Shown: in pieces, positions 1 to 13,478 of the stretch
How positions within the stretch are numbered: position 1 is the first letter of the stretch
How the letters are laid out: each line of letters opens with the position of its first letter
Source: Eutreptiella sp. 'Long Island Sound 2002'
Lineage: Eukaryota > Protista > Euglenida
Assembly (NCBI GenBank): GCA_964036045.1
Contig: OZ038378.1
Location: forward strand, 198,028,001-198,092,000
Direction of reading: 5' to 3'
DNA: 64,000 nucleotides
Program-made: the position numbers and the translations under genes
Notes under the pieces: model-generated
The model's database searches: none
The model's input: the letters and a program-made list of their open reading frames with translations, nothing else
Told to the model about the DNA's origin: nothing

Positions 1-168
1 AAAAAAATTAATTGATTCTGTCCGGCATTGCGTACACATAGTTGAATGGAGCAGCAATTTCCACCGTGTGCCTACAGCACCCTCTTCCCGATGGTCACCA
101 TGCAATGTTTCTTCCGTGTCATTCCTCATGAAGCGGCCGTTCAGCGGTATGCTGCATAAAACGACCAG

Positions 169-618
169 TTGGCCATGGAAGACTTTTGTGGAGGGTTGAT
201 CACTACAGCCATTGATGTTGCAACTCAAGTACAACCAGCAGTGGCACCCCGAAGAATGCCGCCGGGGCGCCCTCGAAGATTGTTGAACATTGAGGTCTTC
301 TTTCGGTCCTTCGTGATGTCCCTCGCGGATAAAGCCGTGGAAGCATCCATCGGAAAGGTTAAAAAGGTGTATCGCAAATGGTCTGATAATGAGAGGGAAA
401 TGGTCTTGCATATGGCCGAAGAAAAGGGGACTAATGGGGCTGCTGTCTCTTTTTTGGCCACTTTGTTCCCTACTACATTTGCGGGGCTCCGCGAGTCCCA
501 CATCCGGTACTTTCGTAAAATGGCTACGAGAGCACAACAGGGTGCTGCGGACAAACGTGGGACCCTTCGCAAATGTCCACCACACTGCCTGGTGGACACA
601 AGTCATGCACTCTATTAG
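169..618 (+). pseudogene. Probable N-terminal helix-turn-helix DNA-binding region of a pogo/Tc1-like DNA transposase, truncated
   Basis: VYRKWSDNEREMVL..AEEKG...A..F......LRESHIRYFRK...DKRG resembles the N-terminal HTH of pogo-like transposases. No DDE domain follows. Confidence 0.4.
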
Positions 619-2375
619 TTTCAACGCATTTCCAACCGCTTTGTTATAAAATGCATTTACAACAATCGGTGGGTATGCCTCATGTGATCATCCTCCTTCT
701 TGGTGCTTGTCTGTGTCATGGACTGCAATACCAGAGTCCACTGGAGCAACGTTGATGTGTACGTGTATGTGTAGCAGTGCCTTGCAACGTGAACCCCAAA
801 AGGCAGCGGCAACAGGCATACAGAAGAAAACCGAGTGGAATCGCCACAGACGCAAAAAATAAAACAAACAAAAAAATTAATTTTTTTCAGCTAATAGGTG
901 TGGTTTTCCCAATGTTCTGCTGCGCAAATGCCACAAAAATCGCAAAAAAAATTAATTGTTGGCAAGATTCATACGCAAAAATGAGGGTTGCCCAAATTTC
1001 AAAAGTTTGCGCAGTAGCATTTGCTGCATTGGACCAATCTTGATAGTAACTGCTTTGCTGGGTGCCTGTGCCTACTTGTGGAATGGAGATAGCGCAAAAC
1101 CACAGGGGGCGCTTACCCGTGAGGCCTAACACCAACACCCCCCCCCCCCCGCGCCCCCCACCCCCCAACCCCTTTGGACCCCCCAACCCATACTAGTCAG
1201 CACCTGTTTGGAACTGGCTACTTGGGCGCTTGTGGCGCGCGGAAAGTTTTTTGAGCCTAGAGAATTGGCAAAAAGAAAAACTTGATTTCCCTCCACTGGT
1301 TTTCATTCAAAATGCTCACAATGATTTAGGAAACCGTGCCGCATGTCTTGTTCTGCTGGCCGGGAAGCCTTCGCTGATTCACAGGTACATCTGTTGGAAA
1401 AGGGGACCTTTTTTTTATTTGTTGTGAGTGGTAAAACCAAATTTCACCCCACTTGTGTATATTCCAAATGCTCAAAATGAAATAGGGAATTCAAAAATGC
1501 CCCGAGAATGGAGAAAACTTTTCGACCCCCACCCCCCCTCAGACCCCCCCCCCGCCCACACCGCGGGGGTTGGTGTCTAGAACTAAACTGCAAACCCCCC
1601 CATGCATAACACTAGTGGGTGCCCCTCATGGGTTCCTCGTGGGTGCTAGTCTACCAATGGGCGATGAGTAGTTACAACGAACTATCATGCACTGATTGGT
1701 CCCATGGGTGGGCCAAATCTCTCACTTTGGCTCACATTGCACCTTCCCTTGTAGTGCGCTTACAAGCATCGGCGGTGTGGGGCTCGTTCTAGGCAGTGCA
1801 CTACCCACGCAACCTCAGGATTTTATCCACACTGCGCTATGGGCCAAGTTGAAAGTACATCAACGAATCTTGCCCATCCCCCACACAAAATGATGCCGTC
1901 TATCCCTGGACAAGGTGGTGAGTGTGCACCATGCTATGCATTGCTGCAAGTTCTTTCCGTATATTTACATGTGCCTTTCTAGGGCGTTTGATGGCCCAAC
2001 GGACGCATGGTGCAGTGGCCCCTTCCATGAGTCTAAACAACTTGGCTAGATTCTGCTTTGGGTAGTCAGGAGGGCCCATTGGACCATTTGCTGCAGGGTG
2101 AATTTTCATAGCAAACCCACCTTACCGGATTTCATCTCTCAATGGGCGATCTACATTGCCTCGCTAGTTGAGTGTTAGCCCTTCAAAACTTACCATCACA
2201 TGTTCATTCTCTTCCTGCAAGCGCTTCACACTTACGATGGCACCTGCTCTATCCCCCGGTTGGGCCTAGGTCTCAAGGGACTAAATTCAGGGGTGCCACC
2301 GCAGTTCAAAGAAAAGTAATAAAGCAGAACATGAGGCCTTGGTGCTAGAATTGATCGCACACCTGGATGCTATGG

Positions 2376-2822
2376 AGGCTCAAGGTTGGACCATTGCATA
2401 CTCTGATGGGTCCGTTGATGTTCTCCCTTGGGGGTGGAGGGGGTCTAGTAGGTGTGTTTGGGGGCAATATCTCTACCCCAGGGTTTGAGTTCGCCCAACC
2501 CCTCCTAATGCTTGAGGTTCAAACGAACAATCAAGTTGAGCTGCTCGCGGCTATTTTCATTCTTGAGCATGCCCCGAGTAGTGTCAGTAAACTCTTGGTC
2601 GCAACTAATTCCAAATGTGTCCGCAACAATATGTAGGGCCCGGCCTATAGATGGAAAGTGGCCCACTGGTGTCCTACTGAGGGGCCGGTAGTGAATGCAG
2701 ACCTGTGGGCAGCGTTGCTTGCTGCGCAGGATGCCTGCCATGCAGTGACATGGTGCTAGACCCCCTCCCATGTCTCCATACCGGGCAATGAGACGGCGCA
2801 TGAGCTCGCCGAGCAAGGAGAC
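2376..2822 (+). pseudogene. Degenerate RNase H domain of a retroelement
   Basis: Across one frameshift and two stops: GWTIAYSDGS ... QTNNQVELLAAIFILE ... LLVATNSKCV ... VNADLWAALL ... TPSHVSIPGNETAHELAEQG. These are the classic RNase HI motifs. Confidence 0.8.
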
Positions 2823-3389
2823 CTCCTCTCGCAATCGTATCAAATAGTGCCAACAACAACACCTATCGTTGAGCCTAATGAAGCAGCGTGCACACCTATG
2901 GAGCAAACCTACCCCTCTAGAGTGTAGCACCACCTGCAGTGCTGCTTCATGTGATAAGGCCCACCGTGTGTCCCCGCTTCAAGGATCCCCCCACATGCAC
3001 TTAGTGTGGAGCTGCTGGGAGGGGTCTTCTGTACCCCGTCCTCGCAATGCTCCGAATGCAGTAAAACTACTGCTGCAACTTTTTCATACGCCCGTATGTT
3101 AATACCTTCTCAGAGTCATTTTGTCGCCACTCCAGCTAGCCTTCTCACAGAGCTAGGGCTGGAACCTATGCAATCAGGCTACCAGTCGTTGGTTGGTCAT
3201 CATGTCATGCCCTATTGCACCCCTTGCCCTTTGCCGGGAGAGCTGATGCAGCGGCAAGCCGCAAAAATCAAATGCAAAAAGGGTATTTTCAATATTGGCA
3301 AGAGATCTGATTGTGCTCTTATGTGCGGCATATGCATAGGCCGTAAGCAACAAATAACGCCGGGAGAGTAAAATTGAGTAAAATGCACT

Positions 3390-4530
3390 TCTTAGCATTA
3401 CCAGAGTGTAAAATAAGAGGCAAATTTTGCACGCCGGAACACCTCAACAAAGGCTTTGGTGGGAGACATATGCCCAATCAACACCCCTAGATGTTTGAAC
3501 AAGGTATTGATCTCAAAAGCAGTGGTGTTGATGCAATCATTTGCAGAGCCGGGCGGCCGTCCTTTCAGTACAAAGGCAGATTTGGTGGGATGGATTTGTA
3601 ACCCAAAGGCCCGTGAAAAGGCCGTAAGGGCATTCAAGGTGACGTTCAAAGCCACACTAATGCCTGCAGCCGAAAAGGTACACAACAAGTCGTCCACATA
3701 CAGGTAAAGTCACGGTGCACATGCGGAAGGCCACAAAAGGCAAAGCAACTAAAAGACAGACTGAATGAGAAGATCCCCTTGAGCAATGCCTGCCATCTAG
3801 TGGAAAACCACAAACATAACAACCGATTGTCCCACACAAAACATGTAAAAACAATGTAGGGGCTGCATTACTAGTTGCACGAAGGCCAAAGGTAGACAAA
3901 CATACTCCAACACATTTTGGATGAACTCATGGGACCGTGACAAGAACACATTCTCATAGTCCACACTTAGTATGGCCATGGAGGCCAACGACTCCCACTT
4001 AGTGTGTACCCCCCAAATGCAATGCAACATCTAGCAGCCCTCAATGTTGCCCACTTGTGCAGAAGGGGTGATTTGGACAAACAACTGTTCAACTTGGATG
4101 AGTAACACGGTCACCATGACTTTTGTTTTACCTGCTAGACTGCGATGGATCGTAGCTTGGGGATGTTGGAGGCCCCCGCAACCTTGGGGATAATGGACAT
4201 AATCCCTGTACCCAGACGGCTTGCAACACTCGATGCATGCTAGGGATCAACATGTCTTGGATAGACCTTCAACGGCAGGCCATCCAGCCCAGGGGAGGCT
4301 GCTACCCCTTGCCTCTCGAAGGCCTCCGCCACTACACTCTCACTAGGGGGGGTCAACTTCCGCACCTTTTGAGGTATCTGCAGAGAATTCAGGTATTTTT
4401 CACGTTTACTCCTCGTGATGCTAGGGTTGGCAGATGAGATACTTGTCCAATGATCTCACAAGGCGCCGCATACTTGGGCAAGGTCCGCCAGCACCCGTCC
4501 TTGGTGATCTCTTACTCATGCCATTTTCTG
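3390..4530 (-). mobile_element. Decayed non-LTR retrotransposon, reverse transcriptase fragment
   Basis: LYVDDLL (YxDD) near 3690, GLQIHPTKS...FKHLGV (thumb), AILSVDYENVFLSRSHEF (DFxKAFD-like) and IMSIIPK upstream. Many stops and frameshifts. Confidence 0.75.
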
Positions 4531-4556
4531 TATTGCTTGCACATTGACCATCATTA

Positions 4557-4849
4557 GGGGGCGTTTTCGCACAGCGCGCGCACAGCGCCAATTATTACGG
4601 TGATTATCCAGGTAACAACCCTGAAAACCACCCACCTGCGGAATCATGCAAAATCAATTCAAAACTCAAAAATTCAAACATCGGATGCTTGCCATGGGTC
4701 CCAGGGACCTAAATTCTGCCCCATATAGCCCCGTCCACTGCAGCAGCCATTCAATGACGTCCTTTCAATCTTCTGAACTTACCGAACTCCCGGTGGTGGA
4801 GAACAGCCAACTTTTCGCACAGCGCGCGTACAGCGCACGGTACGCCCCC
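4557..4849. mobile_element. PIF/Harbinger (Tourist-like) MITE, 293 bp
   Basis: TTA|GGGGGCGT ... ACGCCCCC|TTA gives an 8-bp TIR and a TTA TSD. The motif TTTTCGCACAGCGCGCG(C/T)ACAGCGC occurs near both ends in direct orientation. Confidence 0.75.
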
Positions 4850-5765
4850 TTAGGTCGATATGCTTTTGCCTTTGCTGACTGGAGACCTGGCTCAATTGCT
4901 TATCGGCAACGATGCCACAGGGCAACGACAATTGCTCGAGTCGTATTTTATCCTATGACTGCTTTTCAACAAGGGCAAGTAGCATGGAGTAAGCTGAGGT
5001 GTGGGTCCGTGGCTGCAAGCCTTGTGCAAACAGATGTCTGCAAAGAGATACATCCTTGGGTGGGGACGTGCTGTAGTGTGGCATCCCGAAGGAGCGCGAG
5101 AACCGGGATTGCAATGTTTGGATTGGTTGTTCTCAATAAAGGCTGTCACCTTGGCTTTAATAATGTGTTCTACTTTAATCCACATGTGTAGGGCTTGAGA
5201 GTAGCTCATGGAGGGCAGCGGGGGGTGGGGGGGGCGCTTTTCTCTTCCTGTTGTAACCTCTGGACAGTTGTAACCTCCCACAGAAAGGACGTCGGACAAA
5301 GCCAGCAGTGTGGGTGGGGGTTGAAGATTGGTTGTTGCACCTTCTCAGCGAAGGCCTTATGGTCGAACTTCCCCACGTAAGTAGTGAAAATCCCTGAGAC
5401 ATTGTTAGCCATGTGCTTGGGCACATGTATTCCATTTAACTTATGCAGCAGTGATGCTGTTTTGGCTGGGTTCTTATTGTCACAGTAGGCTGGCCAGGAA
5501 CATTCTCTGGGCACAGACATGTTTATATGGTCAAAATGCACGTGCGGCCAGATATCAAGCAGGCCCAAGCGCCCAAGCGCCGCAACCTCACATTCCTAGG
5601 CGGCAAGCACCTGTTCATCTTCCACCTTGGGGGGGACAATACCGTCATATGCATCAACACCTGAGACACATCCGATAGTTGCGTGCGCTCGCACCAAATG
5701 AGTCTACTGGCGCTAGTGCTCTTTGGGATCAAGATCAAAGTGTGCTGAAGTGAGGCATACCCTCT

Positions 5766-5854
5766 GTTTTTCCGTGTTACTACAAATGAGATAACACGGG
5801 TTTCACGGGTTTTTCCGTGTTACTACAAACAACTGACACAACACGGGTTTCACG
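5766..5854. repeat. Two-copy ~43-47 bp tandem repeat with internal hairpin
   Basis: GTTTTTCCGTGTTACTACAAA at 5766 and 5809. Each unit contains the inverted arms CCGTGTT...AACACGG. Confidence 0.7.
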
Positions 5855-6155
5855 TGGAAGAACAACCTCAATATTCCAGCGACGGTGTACAACAATCAGC
5901 CCCCCCCCCCCCCCTGCCCAGCATTAGACAGGGTGGAGACCAGCTCATAGTCCCAATAGTCCCAAAAAAATTTTTGAAAAATTTTGGTCATCATTCACTT
6001 GTGAGCCCTCAAAAAGAGGACAGGTTGTCAGCACTTTCACCATACAGGTTGTCACCAGGTTCAGGGATAAGAGAAGGCTGATGGACAAGGGTGAGGAAGG
6101 TACAGGCACCCGGGGCGTGCTCGGTTCACGAAGGGCTGGATGTTAAGGGTACAAC

Positions 6156-6797
6156 CTGTCCATTCCAGACAAACAGCGGCTTCACCAAACAGTACAGCAG
6201 GATGACGATGGGGCCGGACCACAGCTGCCGGATGCGCTCCACCGCCTCGAACCGCCCCGGCGTGACCACCGTGATCAGCGTAGCATCCCCCGCCCAAAAG
6301 CCCTGGCGGCGGGTGTCCACAACAGTTCTGAAGCAGCGCTGCGTACAGATGTGGCAGCACTCAACCTTCAGGCCCTCCTTGGTCTTTCTCTGGTATTCCC
6401 CAACGTACGGCGGCAGGGACACCGCATGCTTCCGGGCCAGCGAGTCGGGCGGGAAATCAGGATAGAGATTCCAAGGAGGCCAGGGCTTTGCAAGCGAATG
6501 GTTGACTCCCGACCGATTGACCTTACACCAGCTCAGGCAGTACTGCTGCGCGCCAATCCACTGGTCATAGCGCTTGACAAAGTCGCGCCAGTGGGTCTCG
6601 GTGATATTGGCTCGCTCCTTCCACGAAACTGTACTGTTTGTGCGGGATGAGCGGAGCTCTGCAGCGCTGCCGTTGGTGCCCACTTCCTTTGCGCCCCCGT
6701 CGAAGGCCATTGCACTGGAGGTCCCATTGAGGCCATCGCCGGAGCCCAGAACAACGACAAGGATCCCCAGTACTGCGACCAGTGCAAACGGCTGCAT
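6156..6797 (-). CDS. GT49 (LARGE/B4GAT1-like) glycosyltransferase paralogue 2, exon 1; remaining exons expected left of the window
   Basis: N-terminal hydrophobic anchor MQPFALVAVLGILVVVLG, Cys-rich stem, DATLITVVTPGRFEAVERIRQLWSGPIVILLY. Phase-0 donor CAG|GTTGTA at 6155, the same position as in paralogue 1. Confidence 0.75.
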
Positions 6798-8576
6798 GGC
6801 ACTCTACAGTGCCCTATCGTTGGTCCCTGTTGTACGCACCACCACCACCCAAGCGGATGGCCTGGGCCATGTCTGTCTGTTGCAGCCAGGTTCAGAGTGA
6901 TGTGCAGCAAACCCCATCGTGGTGGCCGGGCTTGGCCCCGCCCATCAGACAACAGGGCCCCTTCATTGTCCAGGTGACTGCGATCATGTTGGATCGTTCC
7001 ACACCTCACCCTGAGCTCTCAGCTCTCACGGAATCCCCCTGGGTTGCAGGGCAGACTGACTGAGATGGCCGCTGGGCAGATGCAGGCGTGGGGGTGTTCC
7101 ATTAATATGTGTGGGATTTACTCATTGTGGGTGGTTGCGTTTTGACAAGTTCATCTTTGGAGCTGCCGAGGCTGAATACTGCTGAATACCAGCTTGTGCA
7201 CAAGCACCCCACCTTGGAGCCCCCCTTCACCCATCCCCAATGGCCAAATAGGGTGGTAAACATAGAAAGAAGGCCTAACATGCTTAGCACATAACATTTA
7301 GTGGTCACCATGTGGAATAGGGTTTGTCGGCTCACCTGGGGTGCAGCCTCGCCATTTGGGTCAATCACTGATTCGCTCACTCACTTATTGGTGGGGGTGC
7401 TGAATGCATGGTAGCTGTCTGTTAAAAAAAAGCATGCTAAGGATCAAATAATGGTGTTGGACTGTGCTTCCATGAAGGCTGATTTTCCTTTGAGTGATGC
7501 AAAGATGTGTTGTGTTCTGTCCCTGACTCACATGCTCTAGCATGACCATGGTGCCTCAAAAAGGCAAGGTGTTGAGGTGTGTTGCTTTTTGCAACCTTTG
7601 AATTGTTTCGATGGGTTTCTGCAAATTTCCGTGGTTTTGTTTCGCACCCCTCGCAAAGCACTGCACTGCATTCCAATGTGTATTCATCGGAACAGTCTTG
7701 TACTGCCCATCCAGAAAGCTCTGAGCAAGGCTCAAAACTTGCGAAACTTTGGGTTTCAGCAGCTTTCCGTCACTGGGTATGCTTTGATGGGTTGCGGTGA
7801 GGGGCAAAGAGATATGGACAATTCGAAGAACGGGGGGAAGATTCAGAGAATTCAAAGACATTCGGATGATTCGGACATTGGGGGGGCATTTCAGACGACG
7901 ACCAACAGGATGCCCTTGGGCATGGCAAGCAAGTGCCTATTCAGCAGCACACTCCCTGTTCTGTGGCCACAAGCGCAGGGGAGGCCTGTGCATCACTGTG
8001 CACTGTTGTGAAGCCATGACATGTGTAACATAGACTGCATCCGATAGTGTAGTGCTGGTGTGTGCAAGAGTAACATGTACGCGGTTTGATTGCACTGGGT
8101 ACACTAGAGACCCACATCCCCGCCCTCCAAGCACAGTGTTGTCTTCAGGGATTTCACAACCGAGAGTCAAAAGCACATTCCTCATTGCCGCACACAACGA
8201 GAGTGTGAGGGCATGACCTGAGACCAAGCCCCAACTGTCCCATGGAAAAATTAATCTCTGCTGCGACATGCTGCACCACTGTTGGGGGTTAGGGGCAAAG
8301 GGCTTTTGGACCAACGCAACAAGACCCACTTCCCACAGGCACACATTCCTGGAACCACAGAACGTGCACAGGCTGGACAGAAATCGCTTGAATCATTGCA
8401 TGTGTGCTTCCTCCCCTTCACATTCCTGCAAACCATCTGTCTTATTGACATACATCATTGCTAAATCTCGCAAACTGTTGTTTCCCACACCCAACCGGAG
8501 GCTGAAAAGAAAAGTATCATCTGGGGCATCAGTTTGGGAAGCCTGGTGTAAGAGGGAACCAACAGAAAATTCATCC

Positions 8577-8718
8577 ATGCTGCGGCATGCTACGGCATGC
8601 TGCTTTTTGCTGCGGCATGCTGCAAACCCCCCCCCCCCCCCCCCGCCTCCAACGGACTCCCACTGGCAGCCGCTGCGGCATGCTGCTTTTTGCTGTGGCA
8701 TGCTGCGGCATGCTGCTT
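8577..8718. repeat. Minisatellite of ~10-bp GCTGCGGCAT units split by a poly-C tract
   Basis: Repeated (T)GCTGCGGCATGC motifs on both sides of a C-run. Confidence 0.65.
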
Positions 8719-10519
8719 ACCATTGGGGCTTGCCTGAGACTTTATTTCTGTTGCCATGAACACTGGCTTTGCTTTCCTGAGACGATGGAGGTCATGCCTC
8801 CCCTTTTTCTGACATGGAACTTTTTTTTTTTTGCAATGCCACATCTTACACTTGCTACACCTGCAGGCTCACGTGGGAGGGGTAATCTCTCCGGCTAAAA
8901 GGGCATGGGCAAGAGCAGAGCACGAAGATCCACGAGCAGTCAAGCCGGTAGCATGAGCCTAGGTTCCCGAAAGCGCGTTTATTTCCCACACGTGTTGTTC
9001 AAACAATGGCACAGTATGCATGCACATTCAAATAGAATTGCCATGGCACAGAGAAAAGGGACGTGCATATCATTTTATTTGACAACCGTAGCACAAGTTT
9101 TTCAGTTGGTTCATCCTTGGGATATCGGTTGCGTTTCCTCTAAAGCCAAAATCAAATCTGGGATATCCCTCAGCTCATGCTCGGGGTCGAATTGCGACCC
9201 ATGCGAAAAAGTCACTTTTCATTTTTCTTGAGCTTTTGTGTGCATCGTACAAAATGCCCCCTTGCCATCTTTGCAGCACCAGCAGAGTTGAAGTTGTGAA
9301 ACGCTTTGGTCTACAGCACAGGCTGCCATTGAGGGACAGGAGTAGATAGTGCCTTGTCCAACCATCACGTCCACAACAACACAGCACCTCGTGCTGGTTG
9401 GACAAGGGCCCGTCTGCACGTACACTTGGACGGCAACAACACAACATCACAAGGTTGATGTCCCTGTTTTGGACCCAACCTCTTCCAGAGTCTGACTCCA
9501 TTTGTGCAAAGTCTGCAGGTGCAGCAGGCTGGACAATATTTGTGTTTTGAAACCACACTGAGCGGACTGCAACGTAGTTTGGGAGGAGTGATGTTGTAGT
9601 AGGCTGACTCTACCCTGTGCACACCACGTTCGTTGGGGCCTAGAGGCACTGACCTAACAGGGCCCATGGTCCATGCTTTTTTTTCGCATCACAAGGTCGA
9701 GGACTTGTTCCAAACACCATGGCATTCTGCTTCCCTTGGTGATGCGAATACGTTCCGCTGGTGGTAAAAGATGCGAAAATCTGAGTTTGTATGCGACCGG
9801 CAAGCAGATCCCATGCCTGTCTCGAGGGGTATTTGCTTAGCCAGCCGTGTCCCACGTGAAAGTGATTCCAGTATCTTTTGCCATCACCCCCCCCCCGCCG
9901 CACTACGGTCCCATGTTAGCACATCATGGTGCCATGAACCAAGGCTGAGGTAGGTGACGAGAGGAAGAAGTTGATGCCAGACCTCTGTTCAGCCCCATCT
10001 CTCTTGACTGTGGGCACTCTTTGGTCTGTGCCTGGCATCCAACGCGACCAAGAGGGTAGAGAAGGGGTTGGGATGGTCAGGTGCCGTTGGCTGTGATGGC
10101 TGGAGAGGGCCCGGAGGGGTGCAAGTGGGACCAGTGAAGGGATTGCAATGTTTGGTGAGATGGTTGGGCAGCGTTCAGGAAGGGTAGGGTGCCGACCGTC
10201 TGGGAGGGCTGTGGGTGTTATGGCGGAGCACCTGAGGCGGTGGATGCAGAGGTGACGACGTCTAATTGTATCTGCAAAGGGTGCCCGTCCACAAGTGGAA
10301 AAACAAAGTGGTGTAATAACCAACTCTATTTTATCAACAAATGTGCCCTCAAATCGCCCAAAGTGCACCTGAAAACCAGGCTTTGGTGGCTTCGGGGCGA
10401 TTGGACCGGCCCCGATGGTGCAACCCTGGCAGCCCCTGGTTCACCGCCAAGGCCCATCCGCGACCGAAAAAAAATTTTCTGTTCTCACTTACCAAAAACG
10501 CGTGCACAGGGCCACAGGC

Positions 10520-10690
10520 AACAGCAGCGGTTGGCCGGTCAGCGACGCTACTCACTATTACCGGACAACCGGCAGCATGCGAGTAAAAGCACTTGGCAGC
10601 AATCGGTGCTTAATCAACCAAATTTGGCCAGTAACCGCAAACTAGCAACCGCTGGTGGTTGGCGGTTAATGGCCAGCGGTTGGCGATGAA
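10520..10690. repeat. Degenerate GGCGGTT(GG)-type simple repeat
   Basis: Multiple CGGTTGGC(C/G)G variants. Confidence 0.4.
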
Positions 10691-11185
10691 GCACGGCCAT
10701 TTGGCGAAAAAGAAACGAGGACAGCCCAACATCCCTTCTCACCGACATCTCCGGAGGGTTCCATCCGCCCTTTCCTGCTGCAGTGGGGTATGCTTAGCCC
10801 CCTCCCCCCCCCAAAATGCACGTGGGTCATGTGCTCATTCGAAAGTCAAAACAAATGAAGCAGATCCTGTGCCACCTTGCGGTTGTGGACTGGACCAGCT
10901 GCCGGGCACGGCACGTAGCCCCCCATCCCCCCCTCCTGCCCTCCGGTGGCGATAAAATGGAGCCCCTGGCATCCGTTACATCCAGGAACGCCGTGCGATA
11001 CAGGCACATGTGCGTCGATAGTCTCGTTGTCCTCTGCGGCATTGCTGTGCAGCGCAGGCACAGACCCCACAGAGGGGGAAGGGCGTTGAGTCAGTTGCCC
11101 TGCAGCCACCGTTAGTGACCACCTGCCGCTGTCAGCCCTAGCCCCGTACTCTCCACTTTGTATGTGATTGCACTCACACACATTG

Positions 11186-11710
11186 TCAAAACTCTTGCAC
11201 CTCCGAATTCTTATGCAATGCCCCTTGTTTGTGCTGCACCGCCTGCAATGCAATTAAATTCTTCGCCGACTTTGCCGGCGCTGCGAGGGTCTGCGGAATC
11301 CGAGGCGTAGTCTGAGGGCGCGGTGGTGGTGGAGGCTTGAACGGCCCGACCCGAGTGGCCCAAGGCATGCCCAGGGCGCGGCGCACCTCTATCACGGTGG
11401 CCACCATGGCCTTCATCATGACAGGATGGTGGGTATACAGCAGCGATGACGTGAAATGATGGAGGCGGTGCGTTTTGTGCACCAAAAAATGGGGGGCGAG
11501 GTTGTAAAACCGGTACCCCAGCGACCGCAGCGTTGAAATCCACGCGACCTTGTTGAAGAACCGGCCCGTGAACACCTCGTTGTATCGGGGCAGCAGACCG
11601 CGGGACTCCACCCGGCTCGTGATAATGTAGGGCTCCCAGCGGTCAATGGCGTCCATACTCAGCGTCTGCGAGTGGGGGATTCCCGCTATGCTGATGCATG
11701 GGTTGTTGTC
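11186..11710 (-). CDS. GT49 glycosyltransferase paralogue 1, exon 3 (C-terminal)
   Basis: Pyrimidine tract plus CAG|GAC acceptor at 11711, phase 0. WEPYII...PRYNEVFTGRFFNKVAWISTLRSLGYRF..LAPHFLVHKTH matches the GT49 C-terminal signature (EPY, PxYxExF, NK, FLVH). Confidence 0.85.
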   Translation of the reverse strand, partial: DNNPCISIAGIPHSQTLSMDAIDRWEPYIITSRVESRGLLPRYNEVFTGRFFNKVAWISTLRSLGYRFYNLAPHFLVHKTHRLHHFTSSLLYTHHPVMMKAMVATVIEVRRALGMPWATRVGPFKPPPPPRPQTTPRIPQTLAAPAKSAKNLIALQAVQHKQGALHKNSEVQEF

Positions 11711-12019
11711 CTGTTGGTGAAAGGGAAAGGGAGGGAGGGGTAAGGGAGGGAGGGAGGGATTTCGGTTTAGGTTTGGGGTGGCCATACAATATTGGCCCTC
11801 TTTGGGCGGTAGAGAGCGGCCTCGGCCACCGGGCACCTCCTGTCACCCTGGAAGGTTGTCCCCCTCACAGTGGGTCTGTGGCAGTTTCGCCCGCACTCTG
11901 CTCCTTCGCGTCGCTCCGCAACCCCTCCTGCGGTCTGTGGAGGGCCTGTGCTCTCCCCGCAAGGCCTGTGCCTCCTCCCCCCCCCCATGTCCAGCGAACA
12001 ATAAAATCCTCAAAAAATA

Positions 12020-12155
12020 CGGTCCGAACAGTAGTGTTCGTTGGACACGTCGTTCAGGACCTAATTAATTAGGTACCGGGGTCAGTACCGAAACCCGGTC
12101 CTTCATTAATTAGGTCCCAAAAAATTACGGTCCGAACGGAAGTGTTCGTTGGACA
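12020..12155. repeat. Small symmetric element: direct-repeat arms around an inverted repeat
   Basis: CGGTCCGAAC.G.AGTGTTCGTTGGACA at 12020 and 12128. GGACCTAATTAAT (12057) is inverted with ATTAATTAGGTCC (12105-12117). Palindrome CCTAATTAATTAGG at 12060-12073. Confidence 0.6.
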
Positions 12156-13478
12156 AAGGGGGGGGGGGAGGGTACTGCAGAGCCACGCTGCAGCAGAGCA
12201 GTGCAGAAACCCTCGGTAGGTGCGTAGGCACGGGCGGCTGAGGGCACCCTACCCCTGAGCAGGCGCAGTCTACAGAGTGTGCAGAAATATTTGCATCCTC
12301 AAAGCAGTGGTCCTGCTTTGTTGAGCATGTCTTTTGATCGCTCAAATGCCATGTTTTGCTGCTATTTGTTGTCGTGCTGCTTCTCTTGAAAGGTGTCCAG
12401 GTAAGATCAACAGAAATGAGGGCTCTTGGACCATCTAAAATGACGGGCCCCGCATAGGCCAGTCTCCGAAACAGAGTCGTTCTGGCTGCACCATGCAACC
12501 ACCCGCTCCACGGGCACACCATGCCCCACTGCAAGGTGCACCGACCGCATGTTCATGATTACGAGTGCCATGCGCCTTCGTGTGGCGTTGACAATTGCTT
12601 GCTGATAGCCTCCCACTGGGTCTGGAGTGCTGCTCCTTGCGTCTCACAGTAATGATGCACACTTGTCAACATGGTACGTTGTCTCCGCCACACTTCAGCT
12701 TTCGAACACGCACCGGATCCTGCTGGAGACAAGGGCGAGAGCGGAGCAGCTGGGGACCGCTGAATTGAACACGGTGAAAGTGCAGAGTAGTCCCCAGAAG
12801 AAATCGGGGTGAGTGGGCTGTGCAAGAGTGGGGCCATTGCAAACGACAACAGACCACTTGCTCCACTGGCCCCCAAGATTCGGGTGACGAAAGCATTCCC
12901 ACTCGAAAATCCTGCAAATCTACTGGATTCTCCTCTTGATGTTTTTGGGCCTTTGGCTACAAATAGAACAGTATCTCCCAGCATCCCCTTAGCCCCTTGC
13001 ACCGCTACCGCAGCATCATCCTCACAACCGTGCTCCGCAACCCCGTAACGACCGCCCACAATCATTCACTCTGCAATGACACGCATAACACAGGATCTCA
13101 AATGTCACCACAATGATCATCCCCAGGCACACACGGCAAAACCGGGCATTAACAAGTGTTGCATGCCTGGCGCAAAACACCTGGGGCCAGGGAATTGCAA
13201 GCAAGACTTCAAAAACTGTTTCCAGATCCCCCATTGTCTCAAACTTTGATCGATGTTTGACAGCCTTTGGCGGAAGTGGCTCCGGGGTGCGGTCACCGAC
13301 CTGATGTACCCGATGCCATTCCAAGACCCAAGGTGGGGTCCAGGGTGGATCCCCTTGGCAGGCAGCAAGCAGTGACAAAATCAGAACTGGGCCCCGGTGG
13401 TTCACATCCATCGTCGCATTATTCAACAACTCATCCTTCCCCGAGATCGACCAAACCCTCTGCAAGATCACAGACTAC

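Noticed and set aside
7100-10000. Additional RT fragments at ~7.1-8.4 kb and ~9.3-9.95 kb
   Set aside because: Only weak partial motifs were found. The sequence is too decayed to support a call without a profile search.
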